Assembly: GCA_964446735.1 (NCBI GenBank)
Contig: CAYUQB010000001.1
Location: 444,460-508,459, forward strand
Length of the DNA stretch: 64,000 bases
Origin: an uncultured Candidatus Saccharibacteria bacterium
Lineage (GTDB): Bacteria; Patescibacteriota; Minisyncoccia; Phycocordibacterales; Phycocordibacteraceae
Direction: 5' to 3'
The notes beneath the pieces are model-generated. The model did no database searches. It was not told the DNA's origin and was given only the letters and a program-made list of their open reading frames with translations. The position numbers were made by a program, and so were the translations under genes. This document shows, piece by piece, positions 18,922 to 28,383 of this stretch. Every line of letters starts with the position of its first letter. Within the stretch, counting starts at the first letter, position 1.

Positions 18922-19332
18922 ATGGCACCACTCGATTTCGCGGACACACTTCGTACCCACGGCATGCGTGCTACGGAAGGGCGTATTTCTCTTCTAAAAA
19001 CCCTCGCACGCCAGAAGAAGCCCATCAGTATAGAGGACCTTCAGCATAAACTGTCGGAACGACTTGATACTGCAACGCTCTATCGTGCCCTTGAGGCGCT
19101 TGCTGATGCACGGCTGGTGGAACGAGTGGATCTTCAACATGGCCATGCCCATTACGAACTTATTCCCGGACGCCCGCATCACCATCATGCGGTGTGTCGC
19201 TCATGCGGAACGATCGAAGACATTGAACTATCGCACGCTCCAGAACAGGAGGCCGCTCGTCGGACGAAACAGTTTTCGATCATCGACACACACCGCCTTG
19301 AATTCTTTGGTCTGTGTAGCAATTGCACCTAA
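18922..19332 (+). CDS. zur: Fur-family transcriptional regulator, likely zinc uptake regulator Zur
   Basis: Fur fold (LYRALEALADARLVERV...HHH..CRSCG...CSNC). Immediately upstream of a ZIP zinc transporter gene. Confidence 0.75.
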   Translation: MAPLDFADTLRTHGMRATEGRISLLKTLARQKKPISIEDLQHKLSERLDTATLYRALEALADARLVERVDLQHGHAHYELIPGRPHHHHAVCRSCGTIEDIELSHAPEQEAARRTKQFSIIDTHRLEFFGLCSNCT

Positions 19333-19344
19333 ATCCCTCACCAT

Positions 19345-20088
19345 ATGATCAGTATCTATACACTTATAAGTGTTATCGCCATCAGTCTCATTTCCTTTGT
19401 GGGTGCTGTAGCCCTCACCCTGAAGGGTGATCTGCTGAAGCGAAGTGTATTCATATTGGTAAGTCTTGCGGTCGGTGCGCTTTTGGGCGATGTATTCGTA
19501 CACATTATTCCGGAAGCGTATGGAGAGCTTGATGATCCGCTTCTGATCTCACTCGCGTTCATCGCAGGCATATTACTATTCTTTGTTCTCGAGAAGGTCT
19601 TACACTGGCATCACCACACCTCTGAACATGTAGAGGAACATCCCCATCCAGTAGGGAAGATGGTGCTCATAGGCGATGGTGTCCATAATTTTATCGATGG
19701 TCTCATCGTTGCGGGAAGTTATCTTGTATCCGTTGAAGTAGGTATCGCGACCACCGTTGCGGTGATTCTTCACGAGATTCCTCAAGAGATCGGCAACTTC
19801 GGTGTCCTCATCCATGCCGGGTATACCAAAGCCAAAGCACTTTGGTATAACTTTCTTTCCGCACTTTCAGCAGTAGTGGGAGCGATTGTTGCTCTTGCCA
19901 TCGGCAGCATGACGGAGACCTTTGCCTTTTGGCTTCTTCCTCTTACCGCGGGAGGATTCATGTACGTTGCCCTCTCCGACCTTATTCCAGAACTGCATAA
20001 GGACCGTCGCCTCAGTCAGGGGGTCATTCAGGTACTCGCCATTATGGTCGGGGTACTCGCGATGACCGCGCTTCTTGTGCTTGAGTAA
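19345..20088 (+). CDS. zupT: ZIP-family zinc transporter (ZupT-like)
   Basis: HNFIDGLIVAGSY...HEIPQEIGNFGVLI motifs, a His-rich loop (HWHHHTSEHVEEHPHP), and 7-8 TM helices. Confidence 0.85.
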   Translation: MISIYTLISVIAISLISFVGAVALTLKGDLLKRSVFILVSLAVGALLGDVFVHIIPEAYGELDDPLLISLAFIAGILLFFVLEKVLHWHHHTSEHVEEHPHPVGKMVLIGDGVHNFIDGLIVAGSYLVSVEVGIATTVAVILHEIPQEIGNFGVLIHAGYTKAKALWYNFLSALSAVVGAIVALAIGSMTETFAFWLLPLTAGGFMYVALSDLIPELHKDRRLSQGVIQVLAIMVGVLAMTALLVLE

Positions 20089-20268
20089 TGTTAGTTGCGA
20101 ACGGGTCGACTGAGAACATTGGGAAATCAAGCCCAGCGGAATCGTCACCAGGAATTTTAGGTTATAAAACTTCTTTGTACGCACCCCGCTGCTAGAGAGG
20201 TGAAGACGTTTACGTCGTCTTTGCGGAGACAGATGGATTATGGCAAGCGTGAATGGTATAGTGCCGCC

Positions 20269-20931
20269 ATGGTTACCGCCGTCATCCCGGTTCGCGGTGG
20301 TTCTCGTCGCCTCAAGGATAAGAATATTCAACCGTTTGGCGACAGCAATTTGTTAGTACACAAGATTCGCCAACTCAAGCAAGTTCCGGCCATTGATTCG
20401 ATTGTAGTATCTTCGGATTCTGAGGTAATGCTTGATATGGCGACACACGAGGGTGTCGTTGCGCATAAGCGTGCTCCAGAATTTTGCGATGAGCAGTCAA
20501 AAACCTTTGGCGAAGTTGTTCGTCATATCTGTGAACAAGTAGAAGGCGACACCATTGTATGGGCGCTCTGCACACTGCCATTTATCGTACCGAAACATTA
20601 TCAAGATATGGTTGATATCCACGAGAGCCGTCTCGGCGAGCATGATTCGGTACTGGCTGCGGAACACTTTAAAAAATATCTCTTTAATGCACAGGGTCCC
20701 GTGAATTTTAAACTCGGCACTGAAGCAGTTGCATCCCAAAATCTACCCGAATTGTTTTGTGTTTACGGAGCGTCAGTTGCACCCCGGAACAAGATGATCG
20801 AGTGGCACCACCACATTGGACAGCATCCGTATCTCTATCCAATCCCCAAAATAAGCGGCATTGATATAGATGACGAGCTTGATATGAAAGTTGCTCGAGC
20901 ATGGTATCCGGACGCGGAACGGTATCTCTAA
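20269..20931 (+). CDS. CMP-nonulosonic acid synthetase-like cytidylyltransferase (NeuA/CMP-KDO synthetase family)
   Basis: N-terminal AVIPVRGGSRRLKDKN (compare AIIPARGGSKGIPRKN). Start placed at MVTAVIPV; the longer ORF from 20200 is possible. Confidence 0.65.
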   Translation: MVTAVIPVRGGSRRLKDKNIQPFGDSNLLVHKIRQLKQVPAIDSIVVSSDSEVMLDMATHEGVVAHKRAPEFCDEQSKTFGEVVRHICEQVEGDTIVWALCTLPFIVPKHYQDMVDIHESRLGEHDSVLAAEHFKKYLFNAQGPVNFKLGTEAVASQNLPELFCVYGASVAPRNKMIEWHHHIGQHPYLYPIPKISGIDIDDELDMKVARAWYPDAERYL

Positions 20932-21081
20932 GAGAAGGTAACGACACAGAAAACCTCCGTTTTGCCGAGATCTTCTCCTGTGGCATCATAAACCCGCACT
21001 GAGGAATGTAACGAAGCAGTATGGTCGCCAGTTATTAGTAGCGTATACTCTCCTGCGACAAGGCACCAATCTATTCTATCT

Positions 21082-21831
21082 ATGAAGGGAATAATCACGG
21101 CAGGAGGAAGCGGCACACGGTTGTATCCACTCACGGCCGCGACGAATAAGCATTTACTGTCGCTCTATGACAAGCCAGTCATTTATTATGCCGTTGATAA
21201 ACTGGTCAATGCGGGAATTGACCAGATAATGATCGTAACCAACCCGCAGCACATCGAGGATTTTGTGAAGCTGTTTGGTTCGGGTAAAGATTTCATTTCG
21301 AAGAAAACAGGCAAACAGATTCAAATTGTCTACACCGTCCAAAACGAACCGAACGGTATCGGACACACACTTTCAGTCGCGCGTGACTATATAGGAAATG
21401 ACTCGTGCCTTCTCTATCTAGGCGACAATGTCTTTGAGGACGATATCGAACCGCATATACGGAATTTCAAGAGCGGAGCTAAAATATTTCTGAAACAGGT
21501 TCCCGATCCAGAGCGATTCGGTATAGCCGAATTAGATAAACGAGGGAGAGTCATCAGCATTGTTGAGAAGCCCAAAAAACCGAAATCGTCGTACGCGGTT
21601 ACTGGTCTCTATATGTACGACAACTCTATTGTTGAGAAATCCCGCCATCAAAAACGCTCTGCACGCGGTGAATTTGAAATCACGGCGCTCAATAATCTCT
21701 ACATCAAAGAGGGGAGAATGCGAGCCGCTATCCTGGAGAAGGAATGGTTTGATATCGGGACCTTTGACAGTTTGCTTGATGCTTCTTTATATATGCGCAA
21801 CAAAAGGAACGGTAAATTGAACCCTCTATGA
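21082..21831 (+). CDS. Sugar-phosphate nucleotidyltransferase (glucose-1-phosphate thymidylyltransferase RmlA-like)
   Basis: MKGIITAGGSGTRLYPLTAATNKHLLSLYDKPVIYY is the RmlA N-terminal signature. Confidence 0.8.
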   Translation: MKGIITAGGSGTRLYPLTAATNKHLLSLYDKPVIYYAVDKLVNAGIDQIMIVTNPQHIEDFVKLFGSGKDFISKKTGKQIQIVYTVQNEPNGIGHTLSVARDYIGNDSCLLYLGDNVFEDDIEPHIRNFKSGAKIFLKQVPDPERFGIAELDKRGRVISIVEKPKKPKSSYAVTGLYMYDNSIVEKSRHQKRSARGEFEITALNNLYIKEGRMRAAILEKEWFDIGTFDSLLDASLYMRNKRNGKLNPL

Positions 21832-22796
21832 GGAACGGCTTCTCTGACGTTGTCTTCGTGACAGGCGGCGCTGGATTCATCGGAAGTAATTATCTCAATA
21901 CCTATGTTCCAAGGTGCCCAGAGCGTCTATTCGTAAATATCGATTGTCTTACCTACGCAGGGAATGTTGAAAATGTAACGGTAGATAAGGAAAAGAACTA
22001 TATTCTTGAAACGGTTGATATACGAGATGTTGAAAAGCTTACGTCGCTTTTTGAGACCTATGCTCCAACCGGCGTTATTCACTTTGCTGCTGAAAGTCAT
22101 GTGGACGTCAGTATTGAGAATCCTGACGTATTTATTGGCACGAACATTGTTGGTACACATAACCTTCTCAAACTTGCACGGGAATATCGCGTGAAGCGGT
22201 TCCATCAGATATCAACAGATGAAGTATATGGAGCGTTATCAGCAGAGGATTCAGCGTTCACAGAAGATGCTCCACTTACTCCCCGAAACCCGTACAGCGC
22301 CTCTAAAGCTGCAGCCGACCTATTAGTGGGGGCATATCATGAGACATTTGGACTTAACACGGTCATTACGCGGTCTAGCAACAACTATGGCCCGAACCAG
22401 GATCTTTCAAAAGTAATTCCCAGTTTTATAACCAAACTGCTCCGTGGTGAGAAGGTTCCGCTCTACGGAGAAGGCGCACAGATGCGCGAATGGGTATACG
22501 TGGGAGATTCTGTTGACGCTATACACCTTGTGTTTGAACAGGGTGTAAACGGTGGGATGTATAACATCGGTAGCCAGCACGAGATGAGCAATTTACAGCT
22601 CACCAAGGCACTTCTTTCGCTCACCGGCCGCGATATGTCCTCTATTTCCTATGTTACTGACCGGTTAGGGCACGATTTCCGTTATTCACTTGATAGTAGT
22701 AAACTCCGAAATGAACTTGGCTGGGTGCCTAAAGTGTCGTTTGACGTTGGATTACGCAACACATTCGAACACTATAAGCGGATACATTCGGCATAA
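21828..22796 (+). CDS. rmlB: dTDP-glucose 4,6-dehydratase (RmlB family SDR)
   Basis: VTGGAGFIGSNY; NIDCLTYAGNVENV; YSASKAAAD (YxxxK); PNQDLSKVIP. Confidence 0.85.
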   Translation: MRNGFSDVVFVTGGAGFIGSNYLNTYVPRCPERLFVNIDCLTYAGNVENVTVDKEKNYILETVDIRDVEKLTSLFETYAPTGVIHFAAESHVDVSIENPDVFIGTNIVGTHNLLKLAREYRVKRFHQISTDEVYGALSAEDSAFTEDAPLTPRNPYSASKAAADLLVGAYHETFGLNTVITRSSNNYGPNQDLSKVIPSFITKLLRGEKVPLYGEGAQMREWVYVGDSVDAIHLVFEQGVNGGMYNIGSQHEMSNLQLTKALLSLTGRDMSSISYVTDRLGHDFRYSLDSSKLRNELGWVPKVSFDVGLRNTFEHYKRIHSA

Positions 22797-22802
22797 GAGA
22801 TT

Positions 22803-25205
22803 ATGGCGACAAAAAAACAAAAACGAGCATATGTAATCGGCGCTGGCATGAGCGGGCTTTCAACTGCGCTCCGTCTTGCAGAGCTTGGAGTACAAACGAC
22901 CGTTATAGAAAAAGAAAAATATGTGGGCGGTATGGCCGGCAGTTTTTCGTGGGGCGAGTTTAAACATCTTGATTATGGACCCCACATCTATCATTCACCC
23001 GATGAGCAACAAGTTGCTCGATGGGAAAAGGAATTCGGCGATCTCTTTTTTAAGAGTGAGCCGTGGGGAAAAAATGTAAAAGGAGAGAACTTTGATCAAT
23101 ATTTTGATTATCCGCTTTCGTATGCCTCACTCAAGAACTTTCCTAAGGAATTGCGTGAGCAGATTCTCGATGAACTTGCTCGGGTAGATATCACCCGGCG
23201 AGCGAAAGCAACAAATTATTCAGAATATGTACGCGAGCTCGTCGGGCCTACTCTTACGAAGATATTCTTTACTGATTACCCACAAAAACTGTGGGGCGTT
23301 TCGGTTGAAGAAATGACCGCGAATTGGGCTCCGAAGCGCGTGACACTTCGCACAAAACAGGAACATGCTCATGCCGGCCAGTGGTGTGCAGTGGGTAAGG
23401 AGGGGTCGGGGGCGATTCTCGAGCGAATGGCAGAGCGCTTTAAAAAAGCCGGCGGCACTTTGCTACTAGGGAGTGCAGTCGCTCGTATTGTGCACTCTCG
23501 TGGTGTGGTAAAGAAACTCATATTACAGAACGGCAAGTCTATTTCCCTTGCTCCCGAAGACGTGGTTGTCTCAACCATGCCCATACATATCCTTGCTGAA
23601 TATCTCGGTATTAAAAATAATCTCAAATATCGGGGAGCGAAACTCGTGTTTGCGGCTCTCAATACTCCAGTTGCGATACCTGATAAGTTTAAGTATTTGT
23701 ACTACGACGCTCCAGACATCATCTTCCATCGCGTTAGCGAACAAAAGAAATTCTGTGCAAACGGGTTTCCGAAGAACAAGACAACTTTGTCGTGTGAGAT
23801 TTCGTATATGCAGGGAGACGCGCGAGACAAAATGGATGAGAAAAAAATCATGGAGAAAGCGGCAGAAGACCTCATAAAAGTTGGACTTGCGAAGGAAGGA
23901 CAAATCTACGATCTCAAAATGGTGTCCCTGCCTTTCATGTACCCCCTCATGGTAAAGGGAAGTGAGAAGGAGCTTGCAGAGGTGCGTAGTGCGCTTTCGG
24001 CATATACTCAGCTTTATTTCATCGGTACAGGGGGCAATTTCCACTACGCTGACCTGCAGATCTTGAACGTGCAGGGAATTGATCTTGCAGAACGGCTTGC
24101 AAGCGCAGAGGCAGGGGAGAGCGAGAAAGAACTCGTGAAGCAGGATTACACACACGAATTCAATAAGAAAGTTAAGTTCGGCTCTTTCGAAGTATCAGAT
24201 GACGCGCCTGCTTTTATTATTGCAGAGATAGGTCACAACCATAATGGCAGTTTGAAGCTCGCATATGAGCTTATTGATAAAGCAAAAGAAGTTGGCTGCG
24301 CTGCGGCGAAATTCCAGACATACAGCGCAGATCGTGTTTCAAAAGCAGTGAAAGGCAACCGGTATGCGGAGGAACTGGTAGATCAAGAGGAATCTATTTA
24401 TGATACGTACACTCGTCTACGGCTTGATAAAGAAGCGCATAAGAAAATATTTGCTTATGCGAAAAAAAAGGGAATAGACGTTTTCTCCACGCCGTCTGAT
24501 ATCGAGAGTGTCGAACTGCTCGAATCTCTCGGCTGTCCCTATTACAAAATTGCCTCAATGGATCTCGTGAACCTTCCGCTTATTCGTAGGGTGGCTAGTA
24601 CCGGAAAGCCACTCATCATGTCGACTGGCATGTCCACGCTCGGTCAGATTGAAGACGCGGTAAACGCCGTACGAGAGACGGGTAATCGGAACTTGGTGCT
24701 GCTCCATTGCGTATCGGCATACCCTGCTTCTTCTCAGGAGGTACACATGAGAGTCATGGATACGCTTCGACAGGCATTTGGCGTGCCTGTCGGCTTCTCA
24801 GATCACACTATAGGACTCACCGCGTCTACGGTTGCGCTTGCGCAAGGCGCATGCTCAATAGAGCGGCACTTCTCTCTCGATCGTTTTATGGAAGGACCTG
24901 ACCATATTTTTTCTTCTGACGTCGAAGAAATGAGAGAGCTGGTACGTTTGAGCCATCTTATTCCACTTATCAGAGGACGGGGCGAGAAGGTCATTCTTCC
25001 GAGCGAGACAGAAACGGCTAACCGTTTTAAAAAGTGCTTATATGCAAGAAAGGATATCCGTCGCGGACAAAAGATAACCGCTGCCCACCTCATACTCAAA
25101 GGCCCTGGTGGCGGCATATTACCTAAATACGAAGATATAGTGATTGGGAAAATCGCACGTCGAGCCATTAAACGTGATCACCCTATTCGTTGGGAAGATA
25201 TATAA
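22803..25205 (+). CDS. Fusion protein: N-terminal FAD-dependent UDP-galactopyranose-mutase-like domain (about aa 1-440) plus C-terminal NeuB-type N-acylneuraminate/nonulosonate synthase with SAF domain (about aa 455-800)
   Basis: N-terminus: YVIGAGMSGLSTALRLAELGVQTTVIEKEKYVGGMAGSF and FTDYPQKLWGVSVEEM (compare Glf YTEKQWG). C-terminus: IIAEIGHNHNGSLKLAYELIDKAKEVGCAAAKFQTY, a TIM-barrel NeuB fold, and the SAF tail KGPGGGILPKYEDIVIGKIARRAI. Confidence 0.75.
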   Translation: MATKKQKRAYVIGAGMSGLSTALRLAELGVQTTVIEKEKYVGGMAGSFSWGEFKHLDYGPHIYHSPDEQQVARWEKEFGDLFFKSEPWGKNVKGENFDQYFDYPLSYASLKNFPKELREQILDELARVDITRRAKATNYSEYVRELVGPTLTKIFFTDYPQKLWGVSVEEMTANWAPKRVTLRTKQEHAHAGQWCAVGKEGSGAILERMAERFKKAGGTLLLGSAVARIVHSRGVVKKLILQNGKSISLAPEDVVVSTMPIHILAEYLGIKNNLKYRGAKLVFAALNTPVAIPDKFKYLYYDAPDIIFHRVSEQKKFCANGFPKNKTTLSCEISYMQGDARDKMDEKKIMEKAAEDLIKVGLAKEGQIYDLKMVSLPFMYPLMVKGSEKELAEVRSALSAYTQLYFIGTGGNFHYADLQILNVQGIDLAERLASAEAGESEKELVKQDYTHEFNKKVKFGSFEVSDDAPAFIIAEIGHNHNGSLKLAYELIDKAKEVGCAAAKFQTYSADRVSKAVKGNRYAEELVDQEESIYDTYTRLRLDKEAHKKIFAYAKKKGIDVFSTPSDIESVELLESLGCPYYKIASMDLVNLPLIRRVASTGKPLIMSTGMSTLGQIEDAVNAVRETGNRNLVLLHCVSAYPASSQEVHMRVMDTLRQAFGVPVGFSDHTIGLTASTVALAQGACSIERHFSLDRFMEGPDHIFSSDVEEMRELVRLSHLIPLIRGRGEKVILPSETETANRFKKCLYARKDIRRGQKITAAHLILKGPGGGILPKYEDIVIGKIARRAIKRDHPIRWEDI

Positions 25206-25220
25206 CTTTTACTGCACATC

Positions 25221-26081
25221 ATGAGCAGTAACCCTCAAAAAATAATAGTAACGGGAGGTTCAGGCTTCATTGGTTCAAATCTTGTTGAGGAACTTCGTAC
25301 GCAGGGGTACGACGTAGAAAGTATTACATCAGCTGAGAATGACATCCGCGATACCGAGTTACTCAAAGAAAGGTTTGCTGGCGCACACATAGTATTCCAC
25401 TTGGCAGGTCTCTCACGAGTAAAGGACGCACTTGACCGTCCACTGGAGTCGCATGAAGTAAATGTAACCGGCACGCTCTCTGTACTTGAGGCGGCAAGGC
25501 ACGCGGGAGTAAAACGGGTTGTGTTCGCGTCCTCAAGCGCCGTTTACGGTCCACAAAACGACCTGCCTTTTCGAGAAAATATGAGTGTACGGCCCGAACA
25601 TCCGTACGCGCTCCAAAAATATATCGGTGAGATGTATTGCAAACTCTATAGTGAATTGTTTGGGCTAGAGACAGTATGTCTGCGTTATTGCAATGTTTAT
25701 GGCAGCGAGGATGCATTTAAGAATCGTGGGACCACGGTTATTTCGCATTTTCTCACCTTACAAAAGGAGGGGAACCCGCTCACTATAGCTGGAAACGGAG
25801 AACAAAAGCTTGATTTTGTACACGTGCGCGACGTCACTCGCGCAAATGTGCTTGCCGCGAAAAGTGAGCTTGTTGGGAAGGGAGAAATTATCAATATAGG
25901 TTCTGGAGAAAACACCTCAATACTTGAGCTCGCGGAGCTCATCGGTGGGCATGTTGAATTTATGGAAGTGCAGACAGACCAGCAGAGCACCTTAGCAGAT
26001 ATAACCCTTGCGAAGAAGCTGCTTGACTGGGAGCCGCAAATTTCCCTCGAAGAGGGAATAGCTGAACTCAAAATTGTTTGA
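25221..26081 (+). CDS. NAD-dependent epimerase/dehydratase (UDP-sugar 4-epimerase-like SDR)
   Basis: IIVTGGSGFIGSNLVEEL; YALQKYIGE (YxxxK). Confidence 0.8.
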   Translation: MSSNPQKIIVTGGSGFIGSNLVEELRTQGYDVESITSAENDIRDTELLKERFAGAHIVFHLAGLSRVKDALDRPLESHEVNVTGTLSVLEAARHAGVKRVVFASSSAVYGPQNDLPFRENMSVRPEHPYALQKYIGEMYCKLYSELFGLETVCLRYCNVYGSEDAFKNRGTTVISHFLTLQKEGNPLTIAGNGEQKLDFVHVRDVTRANVLAAKSELVGKGEIINIGSGENTSILELAELIGGHVEFMEVQTDQQSTLADITLAKKLLDWEPQISLEEGIAELKIV

Positions 26082-26133
26082 AACATATAACGCGCGCCAT
26101 CACGGCTACGATTTCTAGTATTCGATCTTCAGG

Positions 26134-26219
26134 CGGAGGAGGTGGGATTCGAACCCACGAGGCCTTGCGACCTGGCGGTTTTCAAGACCGCTCGTTTCGA
26201 CCACTCACGCACTCCTCCG
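26134..26219 (-). tRNA. tRNA-Ser (anticodon TGA), class II with long variable arm
   Basis: Reverse complement GGAGGAG-TG-CGTGAGTGGTCGAAACGAG-CGGTCTTGAAAACCG-CCAGGTCGCAAGGCCTCG-TGGGTTCGAATCCCA-CTCCTCC-G. Confidence 0.85.
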
Positions 26220-26225
26220 AGTTAC

Positions 26226-26513
26226 CTATACGCCCGGTGTTGATGACACTACCGGAGTAGCTCGCTTCTTGGCAAAGCCAAGCAGATAAATAAGCTCAAG
26301 AATACCGATAGTGTTCACCAGAAGAAGTACCACGAACCACGCGGTGTGGCCATTGCGAGCTGACTTCCAGAGGGCGACGCCCTTAATTGCGACCGTCCAT
26401 ACAACAAGAACTACGATAAGAATCAAGCCAAGCGCACCCATACTTCCAACGAAGGTAAGCAGTTCTGCGTCAGTGTTCATGGCTGCGAGTATAGCATGCA
26501 GGCCATTGGCCAT
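26226..26513 (-). CDS. Small hypothetical membrane protein (2 TM)
   Basis: 95 aa, two hydrophobic helices. Confidence 0.35.
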   Translation of the reverse strand: MANGLHAILAAMNTDAELLTFVGSMGALGLILIVVLVVWTVAIKGVALWKSARNGHTAWFVVLLLVNTIGILELIYLLGFAKKRATPVVSSTPGV

Positions 26514-26526
26514 GTAGCATGCAGGT

Positions 26527-26931
26527 ATGCGTTATCTCGGCATCGACTACGGTACCAAGAAGGTCGGTCTTGCACTCTCTGATGAAGCGGGGGTTATGGG
26601 ATTCCCATACGAAGTAATTCCAAACGATGCACACCTTCCTGATGCGCTGGTGCTTCTCGTGCAGGCAGAACATGTCGGGGGAATTGTTATCGGTGAGTCT
26701 CGGGACTTTTCAGGAGCGCTTAACCCGGTAGCAAACCCTGCATGTGCCCTTGGTGAGGAACTCGCCGAGCGAACGGGAGTACCTGTCTTTTACGAACCGG
26801 AACATCTCACGACTCAAGAAGCACGTCGTGATTTCGAAGGGCAGCGTACCAATAAGGGGAACGTAGACGCATCTGCTGCTGCTCTGATCCTTACCAGCTA
26901 TCTTTCTCACCATGGAAAAACCCCGAATTAA
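26527..26931 (+). CDS. ruvX: Putative pre-16S rRNA nuclease / Holliday junction resolvase-like YqgF (RuvX)
   Basis: MRYLGIDYGTKKVGLALSDEAG... is RNase H-like. Confidence 0.8.
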   Translation: MRYLGIDYGTKKVGLALSDEAGVMGFPYEVIPNDAHLPDALVLLVQAEHVGGIVIGESRDFSGALNPVANPACALGEELAERTGVPVFYEPEHLTTQEARRDFEGQRTNKGNVDASAAALILTSYLSHHGKTPN

Positions 26932-27253
26932 TATCGACGAATTCAGCAAGATAGAGGTGAAGGTGGGAACGGTATGTTCTGCCGAACGGGTGCCTGATAC
27001 CGATAAGCTGCTGCGTCTTACGGTCGACTTTGGGGAAGATACTGGTCCGCGCCAGATCGTGTCAGGCATTGCTGCGTACGTGCCCGACCCAGAGACGCTC
27101 ATCGGGCGTCAATTGGCATTCGCAACGAATCTTATGCCCCGTACACTTCGAGGACTGGAGAGCGATGGCATGCTGTTTGCGGTTGGGGAAGGGGACTCTT
27201 TTGCGTTTCTGACCCCTGATCGTCCGATTCCACCAGGAACAAGTGCGCACTAA
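26912..27253 (+). CDS. Stand-alone tRNA-binding protein (CsaA/EMAP-type OB fold, related to the MetRS C-terminal domain)
   Basis: KIEVKVGTVCSAERVPDTDKLLRLTVDFGEDTGPRQIVSGIAAYV... matches Myf/CsaA domains. Confidence 0.7.
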   Translation: MEKPRINIDEFSKIEVKVGTVCSAERVPDTDKLLRLTVDFGEDTGPRQIVSGIAAYVPDPETLIGRQLAFATNLMPRTLRGLESDGMLFAVGEGDSFAFLTPDRPIPPGTSAH

Positions 27254-27290
27254 CTCGTTTGCGGGTGAGTGCACGGTATACTAGCTACAA

Positions 27291-28379
27291 ATGAACGGAG
27301 CGTTCACCCGATTCTTGCGCGCTGAATTTGCGCCTCCTTCGTATCTTTCGCAGCCGACTGCTGGCATCGATATTTCCGCAAGCGGTATTAAGCTCGCGGT
27401 ACTCAAGGAACGCAGTCATGGCCTTGAGCTCGCTGCATTTGAGGACGTCGGTCTTCCTGAGGGTGCCATTGTAGGCGGAGAGATCACGGATAGTAAGGCG
27501 GTGATCGAGGCGCTTAAAACACTCACAAAGCCCTATCGGGTCGCAACTGCCAACATTACTCTTCCGGAGGCGCGCACCTATCTCTTTGAAGCTGAAGTGC
27601 CTGGTCGCTCGATGCGGGAATTGCGCACCGCAGTGGAACAGCACCTGGATGAGTATGTGCCGCTCCCGCCTGCCGAAGTCGTGTTCGATATCGTACCGGT
27701 TGTTCGAACCGGGGATACCACACACGTGGTTGGGGTAGGGGTGGCACATCGTGTGGTCGATCTTGCACTCTCGGTATTCGATGAGGCAGGGATACGAGTT
27801 CGCTCAATAGAAGGCGAAACATTCGGTGTTCCTCGCGCATTGCTCCCAACTGGTAATAGCGAAACCGTGCTCATTATCGACATCGGTCGGACAACGACCA
27901 AACTCGACATCGTATCCCATCGCATTCCAGTCTTTGCGACTACGCTCGACATTGGTGGCCAGGCACTCACGTCGGCAGTGCAGAAATACTTCGGGGTAAC
28001 CGAAGAGGAGGCGAAACGGGTGAAGGCAGAACGCGGCCTGGTTCCGAGCGAGGAAAATGCCGAATACCTTGCTTCCATGCTCTCGACCGTATCGGTGATT
28101 CGTGAAGAGGTAACGAAACGTCTTGAATACTGGCAAGGACGTGCGGCAGTGGGTTCTGCCCATGAACCAGTTACCCGTGCCATCCTCGCAGGCGGTAATG
28201 CGACGTTACGTGGGCTCCCTGAATATCTTGAGTCGACGTTAAAGGTTCCGGTTGAACTTGGCGATGTATTCACGAATCTCGCCTCACGAGATCACTGGCT
28301 ACCACCCATCGACTACATGGAATCGCTTGCGTATGCGACCGCAATTGGCCTCGCGCTTCGTGAGCACTCTCCGCACTAA
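27291..28379 (+). CDS. pilM: Type IV pilus assembly protein PilM (actin-like ATPase)
   Basis: IDISASGIKLAVL...; two actin-like subdomains; followed by pilN/pilO-like genes. Confidence 0.8.
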   Translation: MNGAFTRFLRAEFAPPSYLSQPTAGIDISASGIKLAVLKERSHGLELAAFEDVGLPEGAIVGGEITDSKAVIEALKTLTKPYRVATANITLPEARTYLFEAEVPGRSMRELRTAVEQHLDEYVPLPPAEVVFDIVPVVRTGDTTHVVGVGVAHRVVDLALSVFDEAGIRVRSIEGETFGVPRALLPTGNSETVLIIDIGRTTTKLDIVSHRIPVFATTLDIGGQALTSAVQKYFGVTEEEAKRVKAERGLVPSEENAEYLASMLSTVSVIREEVTKRLEYWQGRAAVGSAHEPVTRAILAGGNATLRGLPEYLESTLKVPVELGDVFTNLASRDHWLPPIDYMESLAYATAIGLALREHSPH

Positions 28380-28383
28380 TTGT

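Noticed and set aside
27578-28273. 231 aa minus-strand ORF inside pilM
   Set aside because: Antisense to pilM, Ser/Thr/Arg-rich with no motif. Spurious.
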